DNA of 64,000 bases, from NCBI GenBank assembly GCA_964234715.1, contig OZ174275.1. One strand, given 5' to 3'. Position 1 is the stretch's first letter; every line of letters begins with the position of its first letter. This DNA is from Podarcis melisellensis (taxonomy: Eukaryota). Position numbers and translations under genes: made by a program. Positions 37,902-50,166 of the stretch are shown piece by piece. Below the pieces are notes generated by a model. That model searched no databases and was not told the DNA's origin. It saw nothing but the letters and a program-made list of their open reading frames with translations.

Positions 37902-40778
37902 ATCTAGGGAACTTGCCAAGGTAGTGCATTAACAGAAGATACACATGGTGAATGCTGCCATCAGCTGGTGGTTCTTTTTCAGTGCATAGTTCAGCTAATC
38001 ATTGCAGGTTGGTTGTTTCATTTATTATGCTCACACATCAGAGACAGATCCTAATGGGCATAAAACAGTATTTTTAAACCAGCAGATGGGCACATTAATT
38101 TTCCCAGAATATTTTTTAAATGAAATCTAAGCATGCACTAGTAAAGGCATTTCAGCAGGAAATCTATTATTCACTAAGAAGCATTCCTGACAAACCCTCT
38201 TCCACAGTTCAGTGGTTTATACTTGCAGATAAATGACTAAGTTGGGTGTGTTGAGGAAGAAGTGAAATCTGGAACTTTAATGTGAGTTTTTGAAAGAAGA
38301 TTTGACAATGTTGACACACTGGAGTTTAGCAAAGCACTAATCAGCTCAGCAATGAGTTGCTCTTAACCCCACCTCCTCATGCAAACAGCACCAAATATTT
38401 TTAAAATGCAGTCAGCTTCCTGCTCTATACCTACAAGTGCTTTTGTGCATTATTGTGTAATGAGAGATACAATATTTTCCTCCTAAAATCAGCATTCTTG
38501 TCTGTTGCTAGTTCTCTTGCCTGCTCATGAAATCTTGAGTTGTGCAGGTGGAAATAAGTTTATATAGAAAGTTATAGGAAGGATCCACCATTAAAACATA
38601 AAACGACATTAGATTTCTTTTAGAGGCACATAATAGTAGATGGTGCATGCGATTAAATGAAAAATACAACCTATTGCCTAACAAAATCAAATTTAAAAGT
38701 TAAAGTGCAAGCCAAAGTACAGACATCAGGGGAAAAGATATAAGCTATGTCCAGATGGTGTGGCAGAATGTAGAGGAAGGTGGGAAATCCACTTTCGTAA
38801 AGGGAAACGTCTTGAACTCTAAAGGAACGAGTTGACAGCACTGTCTCAAAGTTAGATAATCTGCCTGTCACTGCAATAGTGGATGAATAAGAATTTATCA
38901 CTTGCATGCTGAAGGTGTGTTCTTGTTGGAAATCTAGAATGACTTCACCGGACACAGTGCAAAAATATTTTCTTAAGTTCTCCAAATGAATGTAGCAGCA
39001 TTTGAAGAGGGCATGTGAGGAAACTTAAGCCTATCGGTCTTCTTCTAGATGACATGCCCCCTCTCCAGAACTGTGGAAGACACATTGCTCAGCTGTAGCC
39101 AAAACACTGCCCTATTGAGAGGACATGGTTTCCATTTGATTTTTAGATCCCAGTAGGTGCTGAAAAAGTGCTTGTTAGGTGGTGCGGAGGAAGGCGTAAC
39201 ACTACTTTCCAGAGTTTTAAAAAGCATGAGTAGGGTGTGTGAGAGGGAAGATTGCAGTGCAGATAAACACCCATGTTGCCTCATGAAATCAGGCAGTGGT
39301 CAGAAGCCAAAATGTAGGTTGTGTCTGTTGTTGTTAATAATGGATGTGTCCATTATTAAAAACCCACTCCAGGTTTTCTCCCAAGTCCCCAAACCTCCAA
39401 ATTCAGAAGCCTAATTTAGATTCCCTTCCACCAGTTATATTTAGTGTGTTGCTATTGTTAAAGCAATTACGAGTATTACATTAGTCTTGCCATTCTGCTG
39501 CCATTTGCTTGGAGATCTTCTAGTTGATCTGAAATTACTTTCTGCATGTGCTGGAATTTCTGCAGCTTTTGATTATCAGCCAGTTGATAAACATATGTAT
39601 GAAATGGCAGCACCATCTTGTGCAATAAATGTAGGTCTGCATTTAAAAGAGTTACACCCAGAGATAAGCCACTGTGTTACAAGAAGCACTAAAAAGCAAA
39701 GTGTGTGAATCATGTGACTGTTATTTTTGGCACTCTTGTGACCTGTGAAAGTAGCCAGATTGACTGTTGAAGACCCCAGTATGTAGCTTAGCTTGCTCAT
39801 GCTAAATTGTCTTAACACTTCAGAAAACTAGATCTTTTTGCTAGGCAGGGGCAGCATGACAAGAGTTTCACACATTATTTTGACTGGGAAGCATTTTTTG
39901 AATGGTCAAGTAGCACAACACAACTGAAAACCACCTATTGATATTGCACCTAGAATGAGACGCATTCCAGCTAATTTAGGTTTCTTAGTATGTTTGGTTG
40001 AAAGCATGACACCAAGTGAACATATGAGAAAGGAGATGGAAGAGAAGAAAACCTTGATGTAACCAATCCAGATGGTACGACCCCCAAGTGTGGCCTATGA
40101 TGTTAAAGAAAAATAAAAGCCGCAATGTAACTTGTCGTAGGAGAATATGGATTCCCAGACCAGCATAATTTTTACTCTTGTGACATTTGTGGTTATTTCA
40201 CAGGAATGCTGTGACTCCAAAAAGAATTGGACCCTGATTTCTTTTGGTTTGTATTTCAGCCATATTTAGGATGCCTTTGTGACGCTGAACCAAGGTCACT
40301 TATAAAGAATGGGTTTAATATATTGGGAAGCCTGTTTTTAGGAATCAGTAAAGCTGGCTTGGGTATCTTCTTTCTCTGTAGGCAGACAGGTACTGCTGCC
40401 ACGAGTAATGCTGCTGTCTCTCCTGGCTCCTTAGCACTTTTTTTTTGTAGTATGTAAACTCCCTCCTTGTCCTCCAGAAGGTTGCACAGACTCTAATTAT
40501 GTATGCATGACCTATCTTATGCATATTAATTGTGTTACGCTTCTCCTCTGCAGAAGGGAGACCTGCCCACGACTGAAGTGTAACTAATGATGCGAAGCCT
40601 TCTTTTGGAAGTGTGTGATTGTTTCTCCTTCCTCCCATGTGTGGACAACCCCCCTAGACCTCCTTCCCCTCTAGTTGTGTGTGTGTGTTTTGTATTTAGT
40701 TTTTGCTAACCTGGTTCCTGTCTCTGGTTTTTTGGGTGTTGCTGTCTGTGCCGTCGCCATGTGTTCGCTTGCATGCAG

Positions 40779-40907
40779 TTGCGGAAAGGTCCTCCCGTGC
40801 CGCCACCTCCAAAACTCACTCCGTCCAAGGAGATGAAGCAGGAGAACATCATCAACCTGTTTGATGACAATTTTGTCCCAGAGATCAGTGTGACAACCCC
40901 CTCACAG
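40779..40907 (+). CDS. BIN1: BIN1 exon 13 (CLAP): [43 protein letters not shown]
   Basis: catgcag|TTG...CAG|gttagc; 129 nt, phase 0-0; proline-rich stretch and FxDxF (FDDNF) motif. Confidence 0.96.
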
Positions 40908-42170
40908 GTTAGCTTCTCCTTCTTCCCTGCCCTCCCTTGTCCCTTCCTCTATCCGCTTCACCTTCACCTAATTTTCCTTATTAGAGGTGTCAGGCCATGA
41001 AAACTGCTCAGTGCATGAATGTATGGGGGGCCCAATGTGATTTGAACTGGGCAAAAGGGCCAGTGAGTTTTCCCACCACATATTATTGGTTCAGAATCTG
41101 TGTCTGAGGTAGATGGAGACAGAATACGTGGAGAGGTTCTATTATTTTCCAATGTTTTTCATCAAGGCCATGGAGATCAAACCTATTTCTCCCCAGCTAA
41201 ATAGGAGAGTGAGGCAGGAAGGCATTATTGTTTCAGGACATTGTGTACCCATACACCCACACCCACACACCCACACCCACACACCCTCATGTGAAGTGGT
41301 CCCAGTTCTGCAGCCAAGTGGAGGAAATGAGGTTTGGATCAAGGGCATCCATCCCCACCCTTTAGAACAAGCTTTTCTCCTGAGGCCAACATTCCTTTCT
41401 GGGGAGCTTTTTGGGGGGGCCTGGGCAAAAGTGGATGGAGCACAGAATCTAGGGTAAAGTTTAGAAGCTCTGCCCACATAATTTTTCTTAGAGTGAGGAG
41501 GAATTGTCTGGATGGGGCCCCCTTCATAACTGGGTGCTAGCATGGTCACCCTGGCTCGTATCTTACTTCCCCTCACATGGCTGGGGGATTAAGAATTGTG
41601 AGATTCTTAAATATATGAATGTGGGCTATGCCTCACAGTGGTAACTTGAAACACCTGTGTGGTTTTAGCTGCCTCCAAGAAAGAAGTGCTTTCTTTTCTT
41701 ATTGATAAGAGTCTGAGAGACAGATGGGTTTTGTGTTAGTGACTTTGGATGCTTTCATGCATCAACCCTAGACAGGTCATTCTTGGCCCTGGGCCTGCAC
41801 TTAATATTTTTTAAAGTCACTAGCACCTGCCACCTCTTCAGAGTCTCATGGCCTCTCAAGCTACTATTGTAAAGCTTGAGAAACTGATTGAAAACAAAGT
41901 ATTCTATTGTAGCTAATTGCCTGAGGTAGTGACTAGGCAAATGGATGATATCCACCACATTGTCCCTTCCCGGGGATGATTTAATTCTAGCCCTTGTGAT
42001 GGAAGAAGGAAGAAACAACAGCCTGACCAGTTTTCTGGCTACATTCTCACAACTTGCATCATCATCATCAACAACAACATTCTGATGTATAATTTTTTTC
42101 CATTATTCATAAAAAAATGACACCTCTAGCAGTTCTGTTTCCTGATTCCGCTCTTCCTTCCCTACCTCAG

Positions 42171-42251
42171 CGCGGTGGCCTGCGGCTTTTACCTCTTCCT
42201 CCTGTTCGACGGCCGAAACATTGCGTGAGGGGCCTGGAGTTGGGAGAAAAG
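42171..42251 (+). CDS. Candidate unannotated cassette exon in intron 13: RGGLRLLPLPPVRRPKHC(VRGLELGEK)
   Basis: Branch-like cctgatt, AG-free pyrimidine tract and ctcag acceptor. Two in-frame donors: TGC|gtgagg (54 nt) and AAG|gcaagt (81 nt). Locally CpG-rich. No transcript evidence. Confidence 0.4.
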
Positions 42252-45236
42252 GCAAGTGTAGGCCACAAGTTACAAGGGTTGTGGGATTACCTCACAGTTG
42301 TGGGGATACAGGTCATAGTTCTACAACAGATTAGGATTCCTTATTGAGGGTGGGGAGCAAAGGAAGATATTAAGATGCCACTTAGCTAGCTTTAAACCTG
42401 ATTTTTTTAAAAATAAATAAATAAATAAAAAGTAGGTCTTTGTCATTGCCAGAAACATTTATTGGAATGTTCTGAAACAAATTAACACAGAAATGAGCAC
42501 CAAGTGTGGATTTCTGTCTGGCCATTTAGTAGCAACCATACATATATGGGCCAGTTCTAGTAGAACAGGGTGTGGAGCTCTTTGGAAATGATGGGAGTTG
42601 GAGTCCAAAACATCTGGAGGGCTTCTGGTTCCTCAACCCTGCAAGGGTGTAAACAAAAATCAACAGCTCACAATATATCTCTCCATCAGGACTTGATTTT
42701 AATAGGTAAGGGGGATGTTTATGTGTGGAAACCTCTTGAGAGATGACCAAAGGGAAGGTTCAGAAGTAGAGGAACTACAAGGGAAAAAAGAGGACCCTGT
42801 AGGGGGAATAAAAGGCTTGTAGTACAAAATAACAGAGGTTGTTGGGAGTAGTGTGTGGGAGCAGTGATTTGTTTACATTTGAGAGAGAGAAGTAAATGAG
42901 CCTGTCTAGGATATCTTAGACTAAGGGACTTTTGGAAGAATGCCTGTGGGAAAACACCTGTAGAAAAATGTTATGTGAAAATGCAAAATCAGTGATGAGC
43001 ACAAGGTAGAATTAGTCTCACCATGAGGTACTGCGAGATTATTGTTTCATGTGGCAGGTGCTGAACAGCATTAGAGGCTATCCAAATTGTTCTTAATTTA
43101 GTATAATTTTAATGAGGTGGGAGAATGGAATTTGAAGCAGAAAATTCTTAAATGCGCTGCTAGCCATGCAAAAAGGATCTCACCACCTGTTAGTGGCACT
43201 TTTCTTTCTCAAAATCCTGATATGTAGGCGGTGTGGTTTTAAAGAGGTTAATCATTGGTAACATGCAATAGGCCGAATTTATAGCTTCAGTGAAACGTAC
43301 CAACAAGCATTGCCTTTTCTTTTTGATTTTTCTTCCTAAAGACAAGAGCTCAGAGATAACAGTGGATACCATGGGGAGCTAGGAAGGAGAGCAGAGGCTT
43401 TGCATTAATGGGGAAGCAGAGACTAAAAGTGAGAAGAGTTGCACTTTGTAGAGTCTTTTGGTCAAGGGAACCAGGGGGCTGCCTTCAGTGTAGAAATTCT
43501 GCCTGTATACCCCCCGTTCATTTTGTTATCTGAGAAAGCCGTGGGCCACTGAGCAACCTCCCGTCCTTGTCCACACCTATCTTTTCCTTGTAGCATGCCT
43601 CAAAAACTCTTACACCATGTTTTATATCATACGTTTCTGTGTAAAAACACTTGCCTAAACAGAGCATTCAGCTTGGGACGCGTCCAGCGTGGAGGACACC
43701 TGGCATGTACAGGTTTCAAATGGATGGGTTTGAGTCCTAGATCAGAAACCATAGGGGAAAACCTATGATCAATGTATTTCATGTACTATATGTGATTTTT
43801 TTTCTGTGTATGTGTGTGTTGGGCTAATTATTTGGGAGGAGAGGGAGGGCAAGCTAACAAGAAAGAGGAACCCTCGGCACATGGTGCAGGTAACTCTGGG
43901 GTGTCAGGTAAGCTTCTAGCATGGCTGTACCCTTTTGACCTGAATTGTTTTTTAGTCAAGCACAGAAAATGAATACCTAGAAGGTCTTGCTTCAGTGGTA
44001 ACCTACATAAGAAATACTTAGGTGATCTGCTGTGAGTATTGTGTAACCTTTTAAAATCTAAATCTATTGGAGTTGAGATTATGAGGCAGAAAACCGCCTT
44101 CATTGAAAGCTTGTTCTGATATTGGTAGGAACTAGTGAATGACACAAAAAAGTTAAAGTTGAAATATAAACTGCTGCTGCTTAGAAACTGTGTGGAAAAG
44201 AATGTGCTAGAAGTTTCTCTCTTGAAAGTATGTGGATATATCAAACTGATAAAGGGTTTTGCTTGGAAACAGCAGCAATTTAGTTTTCCTCAGTTGGTGC
44301 ATTTACGTTAGTTTTCATCAGATATCCTAACAATTCAGAAATGTTTACTGCTGTGCCTTGGTTTGGTTCAGAAAGGTTATATTGCATTACTTTGCCTTAG
44401 GACCAGAAGAACTATCAAAGAAGTTGCTGAAATATTTTGATAGAGCTCCTTTCAGAAACAGCAAGCTGGGAAAAAAGGGGTGCCTTGTAAATCATCTTTT
44501 TAGGAATATGGACATTAGTCAAAATTTGAATGCTGCCACTGATGTTCTAATTTGCAACCCCAATAGAATTGCTTCTAGTTAATAAGATAACCTCCTTACT
44601 AAAAAGGGACCTTTTGGCTAGATATATAACTTGAAATGTATATAATAGAGAACTGGAATAATTGATTAATATTGGAAATCACGTCCGAATATAGAAAGCA
44701 TTAGAATATGGGCAGGGGAAACAGATTGCAAAAGCTAAGATCTTAAACAAGGAATCTACTGTGTTTCTGACTATGATGATACAGATTTGCTGCTGTGAGG
44801 CTCATAGAGAGACTTCCACTGAAAATGCTTTGCACATCATACATAGTTTCCTTCTTTTAAGAAGTGCCTAAAGTAGTGGCCTAGCTGTGCTGAAAGTTGC
44901 ATGTGCAAGTATCTTGGGTAGGATTTAGGGACCCTGTCTGGAAAGATCACAGGTGATGGTGACCTCAAGAAGATCCCTGATAAATAAGATGGATGGTAAC
45001 ACGAAAACTGCTCAGGCTCTGTGGAATACTGATGCTTTGTTTTCACGGCTGCGTTTCTGCAAAAGTGTTGAGCGTATTGTGGCCACTGGACACATGTGAG
45101 CATTCATTGCTTGTACCATAGAGTTGTATGCATCTTTTTTTGCACCTTCAGCTCCTGGGTAACACCTTCTGCATACCAGCCTGCATCCTATACCTGACTA
45201 ATACGCAATACTGCTTTTCTTCCTTAATGCTGCAAG

Positions 45237-45347
45237 TTTGATGCCCCTGGGCCCTTCCAGGAGGGAGCCAGCCTGTTGGATTTTGATTTTGATCCCATTA
45301 AACCTGATAACAGCCCTGTAGGGAAGTCGCCTACGCCTGCTGCCCAG
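45237..45347 (+). CDS. BIN1: BIN1 exon 14 (CLAP, clathrin box): [37 protein letters not shown]
   Basis: ctgcaag|TTT...CAG|gttggt; 111 nt, phase 0-0; AAG acceptor. Confidence 0.94.
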
Positions 45348-46638
45348 GTTGGTTTACTGCTGCCATTCCTTCATGAAATGTTAGACAATATAGACCTCAT
45401 CAGTCATGATGAGGATGGGTGTGTATGTATGTATTCATAGCAACAGAAGTACATGTGGAGATTTACAAAATGTATCTACAGAGTCTCACATGACTCTTCC
45501 TGATGGTTTGCATTAATAACCGTAGCTTATGCTTTTTAGGTGTTTCATGTACACTAACTTGGTAATTCTTAGAATAATCTTGTAGAGCAGCCCAGTGTTG
45601 TTTATACTACACTGCTGATGAGGGAGCTGAGACTTGAAGAGATTGACTTGCCTAAGACCATCTAGGAGTCCATGACTGAGTTGAGATTTGAACCACAGAT
45701 ATCCTGCAATTAGTTATGAGTCAACCTTGGTAGGCTTCTTGTTGCCTTGTTGCCATTATTATTATTATTTCAGCTGGGAAAATAATCTGTAGATTCTGTA
45801 CACATAATACATAATATCCAGTAGATAACTGCATTCTGCAGCTGAGTTTCTCCTTCAGGTACCTAGCATATCAGAAGTCTGCTCCACAGAGCTTTCAGTG
45901 TGGCTGCTCCTCTTCTACTTTCTAAAAAAACAACTGAATACATTTTTTGTTTTGACGAATTTTTCCAGCTGGATGTAAAAAGGTCTCCTTTCGTATTGTT
46001 TTTAAACCAATCTGCACCTGGAGTTTTGTAGTGTTCTAAAACTAATTTTTAGCTGTTTTATGGTATATTTGTAAATTGCCTTGAGTTGCATGCAAAAGGT
46101 AATCAATTAATTTAATCAATGGCTCTCCTACAGCACATTATCTGCTGAGCCTGTTTAGCTTCACAGGAATCCACCCTCATCTGGCAGATGCAGAAATTGT
46201 GATGTAGTGAGATGAAAATTGGTGTAAATTAGTAGCAGCTAAATTAAAGAACATGAGGGATGAAATGGATAATTCAAAATATCACACAATAAGCTTGCAT
46301 TAATGTCAATGAATGGTATATTATTAAATGTGGTATCCAGTGCTGGACCTGAGCGGGAGGCAGTTTATGGTGTGTTACTCTCCTCTTCGAATCCCTTCCA
46401 GAGTAGGGATTTTTGTGTGTTTCAGCATGTGTGTATGTTACTGATAGTGTAGGAGGCTCCTACAGGGAGAGCAAGGGTAATTGAAAATTGCCTCCCTCTC
46501 TCTTCCACTGATGGATATCTTTGTTGGAGGAATCCTCTGGGTGGTACAAGGAGACTTTGTATGTTTGCACTTTCTGTGTTGGCTGAATTAATGATGTCTC
46601 AATGTGTTTTTATTCCTGTTGCTCTTTGCTATGCTTAG

Positions 46639-46662
46639 TCTTTGCCTTGGGATTTATGGGAG
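46639..46662 (+). CDS. BIN1: BIN1 exon 15 microexon (W-box): SLPWDLWE
   Basis: gcttag|TCT TTG CCT TGG GAT TTA TGG GAG|gtaaga; 24 nt; PWDLW clathrin W-box. Confidence 0.95.
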
Positions 46663-47676
46663 GTAAGATTTCTATTAATATAGCTTTCAGTGCAATAAAT
46701 TCTACCATGTGGTGCTTGGCATGTGTGAGTACTTCCTTCTGTCATTATCATGCAAAGATGATTATTCTTGCCTTGACCTTCTGTTCTCATCCTCTTCAGT
46801 GCTATGAACTAAAGTGGTGTGGTACAGTTGCAACCTCTTCTGCCCTTTGTCTGTCATGCTGAGAAGAAGTCTCCATCCCCTGTGCTTTGATATTGCCTAT
46901 TATTAATGGCATTGACTGAAGCACAAACCTTCTTGCTGCAATAATTGTAGACCTTGCTGCTACTTTTTACCTTGTCAAAAAACAAACAAACCCCTGCATG
47001 CCATTTCCTACCTCTCAATTGTGTAGTATGCATACTTCTCAACTACCACCAAACAATCCCTTATTCTATACATATATTTAGTATAATGCTGTGCTTGCTG
47101 ATTTGCTGCCGTGGTTCACTAATAACAGAGATTGGAGATCTCTCCAGTACTGCTGGAGAAATGAACCTTTCCTCCTTTCTTATTATGCTGCCAGATATTA
47201 CGCTGTAATAAATCAGTTTAAAAAGCCAATGGCTTGTAGTTTCCAGACTTTCTTCATAACATTTTGGGCATGTTGAGATATACAGCTTTGCTTGAGTCCA
47301 CCTGCTAGCAAGTGACCTTTATTCTTTGCTTTTGTGCATTTCCTGATGTCTTTATTAATTCTATATCTTCACAGAAGGATACTTCTTACATTCTAAGTTA
47401 AAATTTACTCATTTGGCTTACTTTATCTGCCATCAGATATCTTTTGAGGTGTGATTGGCCTTTAAAAAGAATTGGCCTACACTGGTTTCCCATTGTAAAT
47501 TCATCAAATTGTCTCAAGAAGTTGACTCCTTTGTCTTTCCTGACCCAAGAACCTTCACTATTACTTCTTCCTAAGCATTTTCTCTGCTGTTTTCCCTCCC
47601 TTTCCTCCTCATGTAAAGGTTTAGTGAATAGATTGTGTCCTCAGGATAGGTAGCCATTAGATTTAGATCAACCACC

Positions 47677-48419
47677 CCAGAAAAATGGTGCGCTGGGGAA
47701 ACAAGCACCATATTTCTTCAAACAAATGTGTATGAATCTCCCCACCTTCCATTATTTTCCATTATTTTCGTTCAATGAATATATATATTCATTGAAAATA
47801 TATATTATCACACAGCAGGGTTTAACTGCACCAAAACATATAGCAGTCCAGTGAGTAAAGAATTGCTAGCTCAACCACCAAATTATCTGATTTAAATCTA
47901 AACATCATTGAGTACTGTATTACCAAAACTTCAGTTAAAGGGAAGTGCAAGTTGACTCATTTCATTCTGTATAAAAGCAACACAGAGAAGCTAGACAGCC
48001 CCCCAAATAAAGAAGTATGACAAGTCTCACCTTGGTTAAAATTACTCAACAGAAGTTCTGGCTGCTGATTCGGTAGCTTGCCACCCTAGTTAAAAAGCTT
48101 ATTAAGCCCGACAGAAGGCATTGTTGTTCAAAATGTATTGTCAATAAAGCCAACCATTAAAGGCAGGAAGTGAGAAAAAGAATTGTAAGCTACTTGTGTG
48201 GGGTACTGTGGCCTGGCACCTTTCTGTGCAGTTGAGAGCAGCCCGATCAGATGAGAGGTTGCAGTGGACTACCCATGTAGCTGTGCCTGAGCAACTGTGG
48301 TTGTTGAATGGAAAGCCAGTGTGCTGTGGCCTCTCTTGCCCAGTCATAGTGTATGTACAACTACTCCAGAAAAATGGTGCAATTTGGAAACAAGCACCAT
48401 ATTTCTTCAAATAAATGTG
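47677..48419 (+). repeat. ~54-bp direct repeat pair (47677-47730 and 48366-48419), each with an internal hairpin
   Basis: ccagaaaaatggtgc-N6-gaaacaagcaccatatttcttcaaa(c/t)aaatgtg present twice. Confidence 0.85.
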
Positions 48420-48493
48420 ATCTATATTTTCCTAGCTTTAGTTGTGGTATAGGATGTTAAATGCCTACCTTAAAGTAGATAGAGATTATGAAC

Positions 48494-48659
48494 CAGTGGC
48501 GTAGTGTGGGGGGTGCAGGGGGCCCCGTCCGCACCGGGCGCAACATCTGGGGGGGGGGCGCTCGCACTCGCAGCTCTCTGCCCCTATTAAAATCCACGGG
48601 GTAGGGGTCGCAAATTACTTGCCTTGCCCCGGGTGCTGACAACTCACGCTACACCACTG
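48494..48659. mobile_element. Young 166-bp hAT MITE (second copy of the 11959 family)
   Basis: Same TIRs and length; perfect 8-bp TSD ttatgaac. Confidence 0.9.
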
Positions 48660-49158
48660 TTATGAACCACCAATGTTTTGCTTCTCTCTGAACTGCAACC
48701 TTTAACCTAAGACATCTTCTGCTGTTATTTGCTCTGCTTGCTTTTGTAATATCCTTATGTCATGCTGACGGCGTGCTTCTGTAGTTATTGCTGAAACCAT
48801 TATTGGCTGAACAATTCATTAATTTCAGATTCCAAATCTAGACGTTTTTAAGTGGAACGGTTTTCCATGAAAGGTCATGTAATCCATGCTGATGTTATCA
48901 CTGTATGTAGTTTGCTTCTTGTCAGGAACTACCTTTAATTCTTTATAGCAGTGTTTTGTTGCTAGTTAAGCATTTACCTAAAAACAAATACATTTAGTGG
49001 TCGTTCCTTCTTTAAACCCCTGCTCCCACCCTCTGCCAGCAATGGTTATTCTTTAATATATTTTTTTAAGGACTTAATCACCTTCCCCCCAGGATCCATC
49101 CAAAATTATGGCACATTTGACTCTTACCTGTTCAACAGTTCTATTTACCCTGGGATTA

Positions 49159-49383
49159 CCGTATTTTTCGCTCTATAAGACGCCCCCGACCACAAGACGC
49201 ACCTAGTTTTTGGAGGAGGAAAACAAGAAAAAAAATAATTCTATGCAGTGAAAGCAGCAATCCTTCTTGCTGTTCTTGCTTCTGTGATAGCTGCGCAGCC
49301 TGAATTCACTCCATAAGACGCACACACATTTCCCCTTACTTTTTAGGAGGGAAAAAGTGAGTCTTATAGAGCAAAAAATACGG
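49159..49383. mobile_element. Tc2-like (Tc1/mariner) MITE, 225 bp, in duplicate copy A only
   Basis: 23-bp TIR ccgtatttttcgctctataagac (1 mismatch); TA TSD; empty site with a single TA at 52826-52827 in copy B. Confidence 0.92.
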
Positions 49384-49515
49384 TATTTCATTGTCTACTC
49401 TGTCTTACTTCTCACTGCACTCTTCTCATTTTTGTATCTTCATGTAACCATGCCTACGACTATCTCCTCCCATCTCTGTTTCTCTCTCCTCCCTCCTTCA
49501 AATTCCGCCCATCAG

Positions 49516-49635
49516 CCGGAAAAGACTCCATCTAGCAGCGGTCAAACTATGGATCAGTTTCCGGCCGATAATCCTAGCAATAGTGCGTTCGAGGTGGACT
49601 GGCCTGACCAGCCCACTGAGACTAAGATCAGCCAA
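49516..49635 (+). CDS. BIN1: BIN1 exon 16 copy A: PEKTPSSSGQTMDQFPADNPSNSAFEVDWPDQPTETKISQ
   Basis: ccatcag|CCG...CAA|gtaagt; 120 nt, phase 0-0; lies between exons 15 and 17; FEVDWP resembles recalled human FAVSWP. Confidence 0.88.
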
Positions 49636-50166
49636 GTAAGTGAAAGTATTTGAAGTGATCGTACATTTGAAATTGTCTTGTTCTGGCTGGTGTGCTCTAG
49701 CACAAGCCTGACTCAGTTGTTATTCTTTGGAATGCATTAGGCGGGGCAAATTTATGACCTCTTGCACCCAGCACTCTTCCAAAGGAATTAGAATTTACCC
49801 ATTCCCTAGGCACAATAGTAAAGCACATCTCCTTAACCGTTTATCTGGACTGGGGGGAAAACTGATGTGGTCTAGTGACTAAAAGTAATAGCTTGGCACG
49901 GAAATTCTAGAATTATTTTATCACTGGTTTTAGGGATTGGTGATCAGCCGTGTACCCATAATAGAGATGCATTGCATCCCTTGAGTTTTTAAAGCTGAAT
50001 GTTCAGAAAACATTGGAGGAGGGTTCTCTGAGTGTTCAACTTAATATTTGAAGGGTTCGATGCCAGCCCACCTCTGCCTGTTTCCCTCTCTCCCAAGGAA
50101 AAGGACTAACTGTGGGGAAGTCAGAATGGGTATCAGGTGGTGAGAGAGTGCTGTAGAGAAACACTA

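Noticed and set aside
43831-43895. Purine-rich stretch ending in a strong donor CAG|gtaact in intron 13
   Set aside because: No pyrimidine tract with an acceptor upstream that gives a credible in-frame exon.
49144-49160. TTA CCC TGG GAT (LPWD) resembling a duplicate of microexon 15
   Set aside because: No PWDLW completion and no donor; copy B reads CCC TGG AAT. The real exon 15 is at 46639-46662.
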